A DNA stretch of 64,000 nucleotides from Candidatus Eiseniibacteriota bacterium (GTDB lineage Bacteria; Eisenbacteria; RBG-16-71-46). Location: positions 3,840,001-3,904,000 of the forward strand of contig OY970342.1 of NCBI GenBank assembly GCA_963717505.1, read 5' to 3'. Of the stretch, positions 1-12,372 are shown piece after piece. A program made the translations under genes and the position numbers. The notes beneath the pieces are model-generated. The model was not told where the DNA came from. It worked only from the letters and a program-made list of their open reading frames with translations, and did no database searches. Positions within the stretch are counted from its first letter, which is position 1, and each line of letters opens with the position of its first letter.

Positions 1-834
1 CCTCACTCGAACCGACGGGTTCGGGACGCGGCGCCGGCGCGCGCTTGGGTTTGGGTTCGGCGGCGCGCAGGCCCGGCAACGGCAGTCGAATCTGGTTGTG
101 GCGATCGGTCTCGACCGGCTCGGGCACGCGGGTTTCGGATCGCCTCGACGCGGGCGCTTCGGCCGCCTCGGCGGTCGGCGAGCGACGCACCACCGGGGCC
201 GTTGCGGGCTTGGCTTCGGTGGCGCGCGCCGAGGCGCGGGCGGCCTTCGACGCGCTCTGGGCCGATCGCTCCGGAACTCGAGCGGGCCGATTGCGCCACG
301 CGTGCCACGCACGCGCCATCCACGAGACGACAGCACCGACGAAGCCCGCGATCCAATGGAATCCGACTTCGCTCGCGACCAGGACGGTCACGCCGAACAG
401 GGCGCCGGCCACCACCCACGAGCCGACGTGGCTGAGCGCCGACTGGAGTGCCAGGCCGGTCGCCATTCCCCAGCCGCCGGACCAGGTCCAGCGATCCCAA
501 CCCCCGAGCGCGAACCCGACGCACAGCTCGAACACCAGGAGCGAACCGATCAGCGTGCGAACGATCAGGCGCGAGGTCGGAGCGTCACGCAGTCGGTTCC
601 AGGCCCAGGCGCCTGCCACCAATGGAATGCCGAAGGCGGCGAAACGTCCGACGGACCAGACCGCGACAAAGGCGAGCGCTGCCCCGACCGGGCCGCAGGC
701 ATTGTCGGTGGACCATGGCGGCATGCCGCTGACCGGACGAACAAAGGTCACCAGGCTCGCCGCCATCAGGGCGGAGAACGCGCCAGCAGAACCGCAAGGA
801 TCTGGCGTTGTCGGTTCTTCGAGAGAGAACTCAC
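1..834 (-). CDS. ftsK: DNA translocase FtsK, N-terminal 4TM region and start of linker (runs off window; one frameshift near 780)
   Basis: Manual translation from GTG at 834: VSSLSKNRQRQILAVLL / ...STDNACGPVGAALA...WSGGWG... with hydrophobic helices, then a Pro/Ala/Arg-rich linker; matches the FtsK_4TM pattern N-x-x-G-x-x-G-A. Confidence 0.7.
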
Positions 835-1033
835 GCGCCTTGGTGGGTGCCTTCCTGGACGGACCGGGCGAGGACCGGGCCGGGTCCGGTGAGGGCGCCG
901 GCCGGCGCCATTTCGCTGTGCCCCTCCTCGGGGGGTCCCGCCTCCCTGGCGGGTGGACGGCCGGGTATTGTGCCCGAGGGGAGAGGTGCCGAGCAATGGG
1001 GCTCGGAGCGCGGACCCGCGCGCCGGGGACCGA

Positions 1034-2963
1034 CTAGCGGGAAGCGACTTCGCGGACCGGCCCGGTCGCCGCGTCGGCGGCCGGGACGTCATCCGGGGCA
1101 TCTACGATGCCGCGCTCCATCCAGGCGAAGCGCTCGTCGAGGACACCGCGCGCGAGCCGGTAGGCCTGGACGTCGTCATTGGCCCGGATGCCAGCGAACA
1201 GGTGCTCGATCTTCCGCCGCGACTGGCGGCAGAACAGGTCGGCCAGCTCGATCGCGTTCGCCGAGCGCCTGGCGCGCGTCGCGGTGCGCGCGCGACGCAG
1301 GTCGCGGCCATGGCGTACAGCTCGGCGCCGATGTCGACGCAGCGGAACAGCAACGCCTGGCGCTTCTCGAGCGCCGGACCGTGCAGCACCATCAGATGGA
1401 ACTGTTGCCGCGCCAGTCGCCGCGAGGTGCGCTCGACCCAGCGCAGGTGGTCGGCGAGCCGGCCGAACTCCGAGTACGGCGGCCAGCAGCGCCCAGCCGA
1501 GCCAGCGGCTCGGATACCAGCGCATATAGAAGAGGCCGGCGCGCACCAGCCCCGACAGGCGCTTGCCCATCGGCACGCCGGGCATCACCACGTCGCCGGC
1601 GACGCGCAGGTGGACGTCGAGCGCCTCGCGCGCGATGAACAGCCGCATGACCTGGTTGGTGCCTTCGAAGATCCGGTTGATGCGCAGGTCGCGCAGCAGC
1701 TGCTCGAGCGGCACCGGCGCCTCGCCGCGCGCCGCGAGCGAGCGCGCCGTCTCGTAGCCGCGCCCGCCGCGCACCTGCACCGCGTCGTCGCACACCTCCC
1801 AGGCGACGTCCGAGTTCCACAGCTTGGCGATCGCGGCTTCGAGCCGGATGTCGGACTTGCCGGCGATCGGCGAGCAGCGCTCCCAGGTCGGCGATCGCCT
1901 CCATCGCGTAGGTGCGGGCCGCCATGTCGGCGAGCATCTGCGCCACGGCGTCGTGCTGGCCGACCGGACGCCCCCACTGCACGCGCTCGGCGGCGAAACG
2001 CCGCGCGACCTGTAGGCACCACTTGCCGGCGGCGGCGCAGGTCGCCGGCAGCGTCAGCCGCCCGGTGTTGAGCGTCACGAGCGCCAGCTTGAGGCCGCGG
2101 CCCTCGCCACCGAGCAGGTTCTCCTTGGGCACGCGCACGTCGGTGAAGTGCACCACCGCGTTCTCGATGCCGCGGATGCCCATGAACTCACAGCGCTGCA
2201 CGATCTCGACGCCCGGAGTGCGGGTCTCGACGATGAACGCGCTGATCGGCCCGGGCTTGCCGTCCTTGCCCGGCGTGCGCGCCATCACCACCAGCAGCTC
2301 GGCGATCGCGCCGTTGGTGCACCACAGCTTCTCGCCGTTCAGCAGATACGCAGCGCCGTCGGCGGTCGGCGTGGCGGTGGTCGACATGCGCGCCGGATCG
2401 GAGCCGACGTCGTTCTCGGTCAGCGCGAAGGCCGAGATGGCGCCCTTGGCCAGGCGCGGCAGCAAGCGCTTCTTCTGCTCCTCGGTGCCGAACAGTTTGA
2501 GCGGCTGCGGCACGCCGATCGACTGGTGCGCCGAGAGCAGCGCCACCAGCGCACCGCACTTGGTGCCGATCATGGCCACCGCGCGCCCGTAGGTGTACTG
2601 CGACAGTCCGAGCCCGCCGTACTCGCGCGGAATCTTGATGCCGAAGGCGCCGATCGCGCGCAGGCGATCGATGTACTCGGCCGGGATCTTGGCGTCCTGC
2701 TCGATGCGCTCGCCGTCGATTTCGTCGAGCACGAAGCGCTCGACCTTGGCCATGAACTCCGCGGCCCGCCGCTGCTCCTCGGGATCGGGCTCCGGATGCG
2801 GATGGATGAGGTCGAGGGCCAGCCGGCCGAGGAACAACTCGCGCACGAACGAGGGTGCCGTCCACGTCGTCTCGCGCGAGGCCTCGGCGACGGCGCGAGC
2901 TTCCTGCTCGGTCACCTGGGGGTTTTTGGAAGGATTCATGGAAGGATTCATGGAAGGTTTCAT
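1034..2963 (-). CDS. Acyl-CoA dehydrogenase (long form; frameshifted in 3' third)
   Basis: [36 protein letters not shown] and [18 protein letters not shown] motifs across ORFs 1392..3029 and 1034..1795. Confidence 0.92.
2928..2963. repeat. 3 x 12-bp tandem repeat GGAAGG(A/T)TTCAT at the acyl-CoA dehydrogenase start
   Basis: ggaaggattcat ggaaggattcat ggaaggtttcat; encodes [12 protein letters not shown] on the minus strand. Confidence 0.9.
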
Positions 2964-3072
2964 GCTGGGGTTTTCGGCCACGATGGCCTCCGAGTCCAGC
3001 GCGGAGCGCATGCCGCGCGCACAGGCCATGGAGCATAAGCCGACACACGGCGGGCCGCCAATGCGGCGGAAC

Positions 3073-3471
3073 TCAACTCGTGCGCAACACGCTCAAGTAC
3101 GCACCCTCGCGCGCCATCGAGTCGGGTCGCAGGCCGAATCCACGCAGCGCGGTCAGGTTCTCCCCTCGCAGTCGCTCGAATCGGTCGAGAAGTTCGGGCA
3201 GCGGCGTGCCGCGGTATTCGCGCAGGTGGCGCCCGCGGTCGAACGGCTCGAAGGGACGCGAGACACCGTGCTCGAGGATCCGGCGCGCGCGCGGGATCCA
3301 GTCGGTCTCCTCACCCACGATCAGGTGTGCGACCACCTGGCGCGGCGACCAGGTGTCGGGCCCCTCGTCGACTTCCAGCCACGGATCGGGCAACCCGGAC
3401 AGCATGGCCCGCAGGGTGCCGGGGGTGCGCTCGAGCACCGCAAGTCCTTCTTCGAGTCTGAATGCGCTCAA
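3073..3471 (-). pseudogene. DinB_2 family protein with apparent internal in-frame deletion
   Basis: LERTPGTLRAML...EGPDTWSPRQVVAHLIVGEETDWIPRAR...FEPFDR; joins directly to C-terminal AYLSVL without the second His-containing helix; TTG start inferred. Confidence 0.7.
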
Positions 3472-3499
3472 TGGGCTAAATCCCCCGCGTTCGGCCCCT

Positions 3500-3511
3500 A
3501 CATTATAATGT
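3500..3511. promoter_or_regulatory. Palindromic bidirectional -10 element ACATTATAATGT between divergent genes
   Basis: Perfect 12-bp palindrome containing TATAAT on both strands in a short divergent intergenic region of a GC-rich genome. Confidence 0.6.
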
Positions 3512-3561
3512 CCCACCTCACACGCCCACCGAACGGGGACGATCGACGACCCGGATTCCCG

Positions 3562-4716
3562 ATGACCCCTCGCCACTGGACAAGCCGCCTGAGGCCGCTC
3601 GCCGTCGGGATCGCCCTGCTGGCCGCCGGATCTCCCGCATCCGCCGGGTCCTTGCGCTTCCACGGCAACGGGGTCGGCGACATCGATCGGACCAAGATTC
3701 CGATCGACGCCCCGGCCCGCCCGGTGGACGTCGCCGGCGACTTCACCCTCGAGTTCTGGTTGCGGGCGCTGACGGGCGAGAACGACGCGGCCGAGTGCCT
3801 CTCGGGCAGCGACGGCTGGATCTACGGCAACATCGTGTTCGATCGCGACGTCTATGGCGCCGGCGACCTCGGCGACTACGGCGTTTCGCTGTTCGCCGAC
3901 GACCTGGCGTTCGGGGTCGCGGTCGGTAACGACGGCCAGGGTGTATGCGGCGGCGGGCCACTGGCCGACGGCCGGTGGCACCACGTGGCGGTAGCGCGCC
4001 GCAGCGCCGACGGCTGGATGGCGCTGTTCGTCGACGGCGCTCTTTCCGCCGAGGTGTTCGGCCCGACCGGCAGCATCGCGTATCGAAACGGTCGCTCGAC
4101 GTCGTGGCCGGACAGCGACCCTTACCTGGTGATCGGCGCCGAGAAGCACGACGCCGGTCCGGCCTATCCCTCGTTCCGCGGCTGGGTCGACGAAGTGCGG
4201 ATCTCGAGCGTGGTTCGCTACACCGGCGACTTCGCCCGGCCCACGGCGCCGTTCGCCGCGGACGCGTTCACGGTCGGGCTCTACCACTGCGACGAAGCTA
4301 CCGGCGATACGCTGCACGACACGTCGGCGGCATCCGGCGGACCGAGCCACGGACTCAGGCGATTCGGCGGCACACCGGCGGGGCCCGAATGGTCCGCGAG
4401 TTCGTTCACCGATCCCATCACTGGGGCGCCGCCGCTCCACCGCGACGTGAGCTTCATCGTCCGCCCCCACCCGGCCCGCGCCGCGACTCGATTCGAGTTC
4501 GCGCTCTCGACCGGAAGCCCGGTGCGCCTGCGCCTGTTCGACGTGCTCGGCCGCCACGTGCGCACGCTGAGCGACGGACCTCGGGGGGCCGGGGCGCACT
4601 CGTTGCCCTGGGACCTCGAGGACGAAGCCGGGCGTCCGGTCGTTCCCGGTTTCTATCGCGCCGAACTGGTGATCGGTGAGCGCACGCTGTGGCGGCCGGT
4701 GATCGTCGTTCGCTGA
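3562..4716 (+). CDS. Secreted LamG/ConA-like domain protein with C-terminal FlgD-Ig / Por-secretion-type domain
   Basis: Signal peptide (LAVGIALLAAGSPASAG), DFTLEFW, DGRWHHVAV, FRGWVDEVRIS; C-terminus VRLRLFDVLGRHVRTL..G..GAHSLPWD..DEAGRPVVPGFY. Confidence 0.85.
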   Translation: MTPRHWTSRLRPLAVGIALLAAGSPASAGSLRFHGNGVGDIDRTKIPIDAPARPVDVAGDFTLEFWLRALTGENDAAECLSGSDGWIYGNIVFDRDVYGAGDLGDYGVSLFADDLAFGVAVGNDGQGVCGGGPLADGRWHHVAVARRSADGWMALFVDGALSAEVFGPTGSIAYRNGRSTSWPDSDPYLVIGAEKHDAGPAYPSFRGWVDEVRISSVVRYTGDFARPTAPFAADAFTVGLYHCDEATGDTLHDTSAASGGPSHGLRRFGGTPAGPEWSASSFTDPITGAPPLHRDVSFIVRPHPARAATRFEFALSTGSPVRLRLFDVLGRHVRTLSDGPRGAGAHSLPWDLEDEAGRPVVPGFYRAELVIGERTLWRPVIVVR

Positions 4717-4749
4717 CGCACCGGTCGGCACGACTCCGGCGTTGGGAAC

Positions 4750-4778
4750 TTGCCGGCGGAGGGCCACTCCGCTAACTT
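4750..4778 (+). promoter_or_regulatory. Candidate sigma70 promoter of hppA
   Basis: TTGCCG-N17-TAACTT. Confidence 0.45.
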
Positions 4779-4926
4779 GCGGCGTTCTGCCGCCGGTCCC
4801 TGGTGTTCGGCGGCCATCCTACCGCCGATTCAGACGCCCCTTCACCGCATCCTGCAAGGCGTCCATCGGACGATGTCTCTGGCGATTACCGCCCGTCGAT
4901 TCACCAAATACATGAAGGAGCACACG

Positions 4927-7389
<2,463 letters not shown>

Positions 7390-7403
7390 TCGGACGCGGC
7401 TCA

Positions 7404-7446
7404 CGAGAAACGCCCCCGTGGCCAACGTGCCGCGGGGGCGTTCTCG
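7404..7446. terminator. Bidirectional terminator-like hairpin between convergent hppA and phhB
   Basis: CGAGAAACGCCCCCGTGG...CCGCGGGGGCGTTCTCG inverted repeat. Confidence 0.7.
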
Positions 7447-7453
7447 TTATGGA

Positions 7454-7792
7454 CTAGCGCTTGGGAACCAGGTCGTTGACTTTGGCCGCCAGAATGAAGT
7501 CGTTCTGGTGCAGACCGCCGATCTTGTGCGTCCAGGTCTCGACTTCGACCTTGCCCCACGCGACCAGGAGGTCGGGGTGATGCTGCTCGCGTTCGGCCAG
7601 CTCGCCGACCGCGACCGCGAACGCCATCGCACTCTTGAAGTCGGGGAACGAGAACACCCGGCGCAGGCGCTTGATCCCGTCCGGGTCGACGACGTTCCAG
7701 CCCGGAACTTCGGGCATGAATCCGGCGATCTCGGCGTCGGTCAACACCGGTACGCCGCCGCGACACGGAACGCAGGTCGATTCGGTGAGCAT
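7454..7792 (-). CDS. phhB: Pterin-4-alpha-carbinolamine dehydratase
   Basis: CVPCRGG, AEREQHHPDL, WTHKIGGLHQNDFILAAK. Confidence 0.93.
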   Translation of the reverse strand: MLTESTCVPCRGGVPVLTDAEIAGFMPEVPGWNVVDPDGIKRLRRVFSFPDFKSAMAFAVAVGELAEREQHHPDLLVAWGKVEVETWTHKIGGLHQNDFILAAKVNDLVPKR

Positions 7793-7816
7793 GGTCTCCT
7801 CCTGGCTTGGGCCCGA

Positions 7817-8704
7817 TTAGAAGGTCACGTCGACGCGCAAACCACCGCCGGCCCGCGACAACAACGGCGACCAGGTGACTTTGGGCCGGTTCTCAGCGCC
7901 GGCATCGCGGCGCGCCGCCCGCTCCTCCCAGCGCCGCACGACGGTGCGCGAGGTGATTGCGCCCATCGCCGCGGAGATCCAGACGTCCGAGGGCCAGTGG
8001 GACTCGCTGTCGATCCGCTGCAGCGCTATCGAGGTCGCGGCGAAGTGCGTGAACACCCAGATCGGGCGGCCGAGCCGGGTCCGGAAGCCATGGTGGGACA
8101 GAATTCCCGCAAGCTCGAAGGCCACCGACGCGTGCCCGGAGGGAAACGAGGTGCCCTCACCCGGATCGAAGGCGTATGGCCCCTCGCCCTCAAAGGGTCG
8201 CTTGCGGCCCACCAGAATCTCCGCAACGTTGCGAATGCCGCCGGTGGTCAGGTGCGACTCCAGGATCTGCGTGGGAATCACGGCGAGCGGCTCGACCGCC
8301 GGCCATGGCTCGCGCGCGATCCACCCGACGGCCGCGGTCCCGGCGTAGTAGGCGCTGGTGTTGCCCATGTTCCCGACCGGTTCCCATTGCCGGCCGAGGT
8401 AGAGCACGGCGTCGTAGAAATCGTTGCCCTGCGCGCGCTGAAAGGCATCGAGGATCTCCTGGTCGTTCGCGTACAGGATCGCCCCCACCCCGAACACGCC
8501 AGCGGTCTGGATCCAGCCCGCTCTTCCCATACGAAATGGGGACGACACCATGTAGGCGAGGTCCTCGGCGAACAGACGAACGCCACTCGTGATCCCGCCG
8601 CGGAAGTCGGACCCGTGCGCCGGGGTTGCGGCGGTCGCGAGTGCGACCAGCGCGCAAACCGCGTGCACCGCCCCGTTGGACCCTAAGGGATTCCGGGAAC
8701 GCAT
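7817..8704 (-). CDS. PAP2 superfamily phosphatase-like exported/outer-membrane protein
   Basis: GRKRP, SFPSGHAS, RIDSESHWPSD motifs; signal peptide; C-terminal Phe. Confidence 0.85.
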   Translation of the reverse strand: MRSRNPLGSNGAVHAVCALVALATAATPAHGSDFRGGITSGVRLFAEDLAYMVSSPFRMGRAGWIQTAGVFGVGAILYANDQEILDAFQRAQGNDFYDAVLYLGRQWEPVGNMGNTSAYYAGTAAVGWIAREPWPAVEPLAVIPTQILESHLTTGGIRNVAEILVGRKRPFEGEGPYAFDPGEGTSFPSGHASVAFELAGILSHHGFRTRLGRPIWVFTHFAATSIALQRIDSESHWPSDVWISAAMGAITSRTVVRRWEERAARRDAGAENRPKVTWSPLLSRAGGGLRVDVTF

Positions 8705-8911
8705 AGGGTCGAGACCATAGCAGAGGGTCGCGACACTGGACCGTGCCATCCAAGGGCGGATAGGCCAACCCCCGCGCCGCGAGCGGCCTCGAGGCCACGT
8801 AGGGCTTGACTGGGGCGTGGGCATGCGGTGAAGTGGCCCGAGATTTCGCCGCCCACGGGCGACCTGTGGTTCGGCCAGTCACCCCCCACCGCCCCGATCA
8901 GGAGACCTGTC

Positions 8912-10729
8912 ATGAACCGCTCGTTTCAGCGGTGGGCGGCTCTCGCCGGTGTTGCCGCCGGCCTGATGCTCGCCCAGCCCGACGCAGCCACCGCTGCGAA
9001 AGCCGCCAAGGCGTCCAAACCCGCCGAACCTCAAGCCGAAGAGCACATCCTCGCCAACGGCATGAAGGTGATCCTGGTGCCTCGCCACATCTCGCCCACC
9101 GTCGCCGCCGGCTGGGTCGCGCGCGTCGGCTCGGCCAACGAACGCCCGGGAATCACCGGCATCTCGCACCTGTTCGAACACATGATGTTCAAGGGCACCC
9201 ACGTCATCGGTACGCGTGACGTCCAGAAGGACCTGAAGCTGATCGAAGAGCAGGAGAAACTGCGCGACGAGATGCGGGCGGAGGAGTCGAAGCTCCGCGA
9301 CCTCCAGCGCCGGGGCAAGATCCAGGACATGACGCTCCCCGAAGCCAAGACCGCGCGTTACAAGGAACTCGAGGCCCAATTCGACAAGTTGATCGAAGAG
9401 CAGCGGGCCAACATGATCAAGAACGAATTCAACCAGGTCCTACAGAAGAACGGCGCGACGTTCATCAACGCGTTCACCAACGAGGACCAGACCTTCTACT
9501 TCGAAACGGTGCCGGCTAACAAGCTCGAGCTGTGGTTCTGGATCGAGTCCGACCGGCTCAAGAACCCGGTGTTCCGCGAGTTCTATTCCGAGCGCGACGT
9601 GGTCTACGAGGAGCGCCGGATGCGCACCGAGTCGACCCCGACCGGCCGCTTCCAGCAGGCCTTCGATTCGATGTTCTGGGAGGCGAGCCCCTACGCCTGG
9701 CCGGTGATCGGCTGGCCGAGCGACATCGCCAACATCACCAAGGCGCAGGCCGACGAGTACTTCGGCCTCTACTACGCGCCGCAGAACCTGAGCGCGATCC
9801 TGGTGGGCGATTTCGACCCCAAGCAGGCGCTGGCCATGGCCGAGAAGTATCTGGGCTCGATCCCCAAGGGCGCACGGCCGACGCCCGAGATGATCACCAC
9901 CGAGACCAAACAGCTGGCCGAGAAGCGCTTCCTGGCCGAGGCCGAGACCAGCCCGGCGGTCGATGTCCGCTGGCACGCGGTCGCGTTCACGCACCAGGAC
10001 GTCCCGGCGCTCATGGTCCTCGGCGAGGTACTCGACGGACCGACCGGGCGTCTGAATCGCAGTCTGGTGCTGGGTCAAGGGATCGCCACCACCACAAGCG
10101 CCAACGCCGACCCCAAGAAGTACGAGGGCAGCTTTGAGATCCACGCCGAGTGCAAGGACGGAACCTCGCCCGATCAGCTCGAGAAGGCGATCCACGCCGA
10201 GATCGACAAACTGTCCAAGGAACCGGTGACCGCCGAGGAACTGCAGAGCGCGCGCAACCGTTACATGGCCGACAACTACCGGCGCCTGACCTCCAACTTC
10301 CAGATCATGCTGTGGTACGGCGTCGGCGAGGGGCGAGGCTCGTGGCGCGACGTCGATCGTATCGCCGCCGAGACCCAGAACGTGACCGCCGCCGACCTCC
10401 AGCGTGTGGTGCAGACCTACTTCACCAAGGAGAACCGCGCGGTGGCGCTGTGGAACCGGAAGGGCGGGACCACGGAGGATCCGGCGCTCGCGGCCTTGCC
10501 GCCGCAGGCCCAGACCATGGCCCGCCAGATGCTGGCCCAGATCGCGGCGGCCAAGGATCCCGCCAAGCTCGAGCAGGCGATCGCCCAGATGGACGGCATG
10601 GCCGCGCAGATGCCACCCGAGATGAAACCGGCCATGGACTACATCAAGTCCAAAGCCGAGCAACGCCTCGCCGAGCTCAAGGCCGCTGGAAACACCAGCG
10701 CCGGCGCCGACGCCAACGATTCCAAGTGA
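8912..10729 (+). CDS. M16 (pitrilysin/insulinase) zinc peptidase, catalytic subunit, secreted
   Basis: GSANERPGITGISHLFEHMMFKGT (HxxEH), NAFT, ERDVVYEERR; signal peptide; SD AGGAG. Confidence 0.93.
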   Translation: MNRSFQRWAALAGVAAGLMLAQPDAATAAKAAKASKPAEPQAEEHILANGMKVILVPRHISPTVAAGWVARVGSANERPGITGISHLFEHMMFKGTHVIGTRDVQKDLKLIEEQEKLRDEMRAEESKLRDLQRRGKIQDMTLPEAKTARYKELEAQFDKLIEEQRANMIKNEFNQVLQKNGATFINAFTNEDQTFYFETVPANKLELWFWIESDRLKNPVFREFYSERDVVYEERRMRTESTPTGRFQQAFDSMFWEASPYAWPVIGWPSDIANITKAQADEYFGLYYAPQNLSAILVGDFDPKQALAMAEKYLGSIPKGARPTPEMITTETKQLAEKRFLAEAETSPAVDVRWHAVAFTHQDVPALMVLGEVLDGPTGRLNRSLVLGQGIATTTSANADPKKYEGSFEIHAECKDGTSPDQLEKAIHAEIDKLSKEPVTAEELQSARNRYMADNYRRLTSNFQIMLWYGVGEGRGSWRDVDRIAAETQNVTAADLQRVVQTYFTKENRAVALWNRKGGTTEDPALAALPPQAQTMARQMLAQIAAAKDPAKLEQAIAQMDGMAAQMPPEMKPAMDYIKSKAEQRLAELKAAGNTSAGADANDSK

Positions 10730-10740
10730 GGAGGCAGGCC

Positions 10741-12300
10741 ATGACCAAGCTTCTGAGCGTTGCAGCACTCGCCGGCCTCGTCCTTGCGATCGGGGCAGGA
10801 GTTCACGTGACTTCCGGGTTCGCGGCGGAAAGCGGCATCGTCGCGCACCCCGATCAACTCCAGTATCCGGCCCAGAAGTATCAGCCGCCCAAGGCCTCGG
10901 AATATCGAGCCAAGCTCAAGAACGGCATGGTGGCCTACCTGGCCCCGGACCGAACGCTGCCCCTGATCACGATCACCGTGCTGATGCGCGCGGGACAGGA
11001 CCTCGATCCCGCGGGCAAGGAAGGTCTCGCATCGCTGGCCATGCACCTCGTCACCCGCAGCGGCACGCCGAGCAAGACCGCCCAGCAGGTCGAAGACCGC
11101 GTCGCATTCCTCGGCGCCGAGCTCAACTCCGGTCTCGGCGGCGGTGGCGGCGGTTTCTTCGGCGGCGGCGTGCCGATCGGGACTTCGGAAGCGAGTGCCT
11201 CGATCAATGTCTTGTCCAAGGACCTGGACGAGGGGCTCGCCCTGCTGGCCGAGTGCCTCAAGTCGCCGGCCTGGGAAGCGGAACGGCTCAAACTCCGCAA
11301 GGAGCAGACGCTCCAGTCGATGAAGGAGCGCAACGATCAGTCGACCGACATCGAGGCACGCGAGTGGGGATTCCTGACCCGCGGCGAGGGGCACTGGTCG
11401 AACCGGTACCCGACCCAGGCGTCGGTCGACGGCATCACCGCCGCCGACCTTGCCGCGTTCCACAAGCGCTACGTCGGACCCAAGAACTTCGTCTTCGCGG
11501 TCTCGGGCGACTTCGACCGCGGCGAGATGACCAAGAAACTGGAGAAGGCGTTCGCGAGCTGGCCGCAGCCGGGCGAACGGCCCGGAGCGCCGGCGGCGCC
11601 GGCCACCGCCGTGGCCGCCGGCTGGAACCTGGTCGACAAGGACGTGAACCAGGGGCGCGTCTCGATCGGGCTCGCGGCCATCGATCGCTACGACCCGGAC
11701 TACCAGGCCTGTCGCGTCATGAACGACATCCTGGGCGGCGGCGGATTCAGCTCGCGCCTGGTCAACCGCATTCGTTCCGACGAGGGGCTCGCCTATTCGG
11801 TTCGCTCCGGGTTCGAGGGCGGGACGTACTACCCCGAACCGCTGCGCATCATGTTTCAGTCCAAGGTGCGTTCGGTTGCCTACGCGACCGAGGTCGCGCT
11901 CGCCGAAGTGAAGCGCATGCGCGATGAGCCGGTCACCGCGGCCGAGCTGGAGCTGACCAAGAACAAGTTCATCGAGAGCTTGCCGGCGCAGTTCGAGACC
12001 GCGAGCGCGATCGCCGGCGTGCTGGCCGCGGAAGAGCTGACCGGTCGCTACGCCAAGGATCCGAACTACTTCGTCGAGTACCGCGATCGCGTCGGCAAGG
12101 TCGCGGTCGCCGACGTCCAGCGGGTGGCGAAGCGGTTGCTCGATCCGGCCAAGACGACCGCCCTGATGGTGGGCGACGTCGACGAGATGATGCTCGGCGA
12201 CGGCAAGCACGACGCGCGGATCACCGGACTGGCGGGCGGCGAGCCGAAGCGCATCCCGCTGCGAGATCCGATGACCATGAAGCCGATGGCAACCCCTTAG
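10741..12300 (+). CDS. M16 family non-catalytic partner subunit
   Basis: No HxxEH; ILGGGGFSSRLVNRIRSDEGLAYS; signal peptide; 11 nt after partner gene. Confidence 0.9.
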   Translation: MTKLLSVAALAGLVLAIGAGVHVTSGFAAESGIVAHPDQLQYPAQKYQPPKASEYRAKLKNGMVAYLAPDRTLPLITITVLMRAGQDLDPAGKEGLASLAMHLVTRSGTPSKTAQQVEDRVAFLGAELNSGLGGGGGGFFGGGVPIGTSEASASINVLSKDLDEGLALLAECLKSPAWEAERLKLRKEQTLQSMKERNDQSTDIEAREWGFLTRGEGHWSNRYPTQASVDGITAADLAAFHKRYVGPKNFVFAVSGDFDRGEMTKKLEKAFASWPQPGERPGAPAAPATAVAAGWNLVDKDVNQGRVSIGLAAIDRYDPDYQACRVMNDILGGGGFSSRLVNRIRSDEGLAYSVRSGFEGGTYYPEPLRIMFQSKVRSVAYATEVALAEVKRMRDEPVTAAELELTKNKFIESLPAQFETASAIAGVLAAEELTGRYAKDPNYFVEYRDRVGKVAVADVQRVAKRLLDPAKTTALMVGDVDEMMLGDGKHDARITGLAGGEPKRIPLRDPMTMKPMATP

Positions 12301-12372
12301 GACACCGTTCGAGTTTCACTGGGCCGGGGCCGCTGGGCGCGACCCCGGCCCTTCGTATCGAGGAGGCGCACC

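Noticed and set aside
2593-3561. N-terminal extension of the LamG protein (707-aa ORF)
   Set aside because: Antisense to the acyl-CoA dehydrogenase and dinB genes; the signal peptide starts at 3562
4726-4740. CGGCACG-N4-CGGC as sigma54 promoter for hppA
   Set aside because: The -12 box lacks TGC and a better sigma70-like promoter follows immediately
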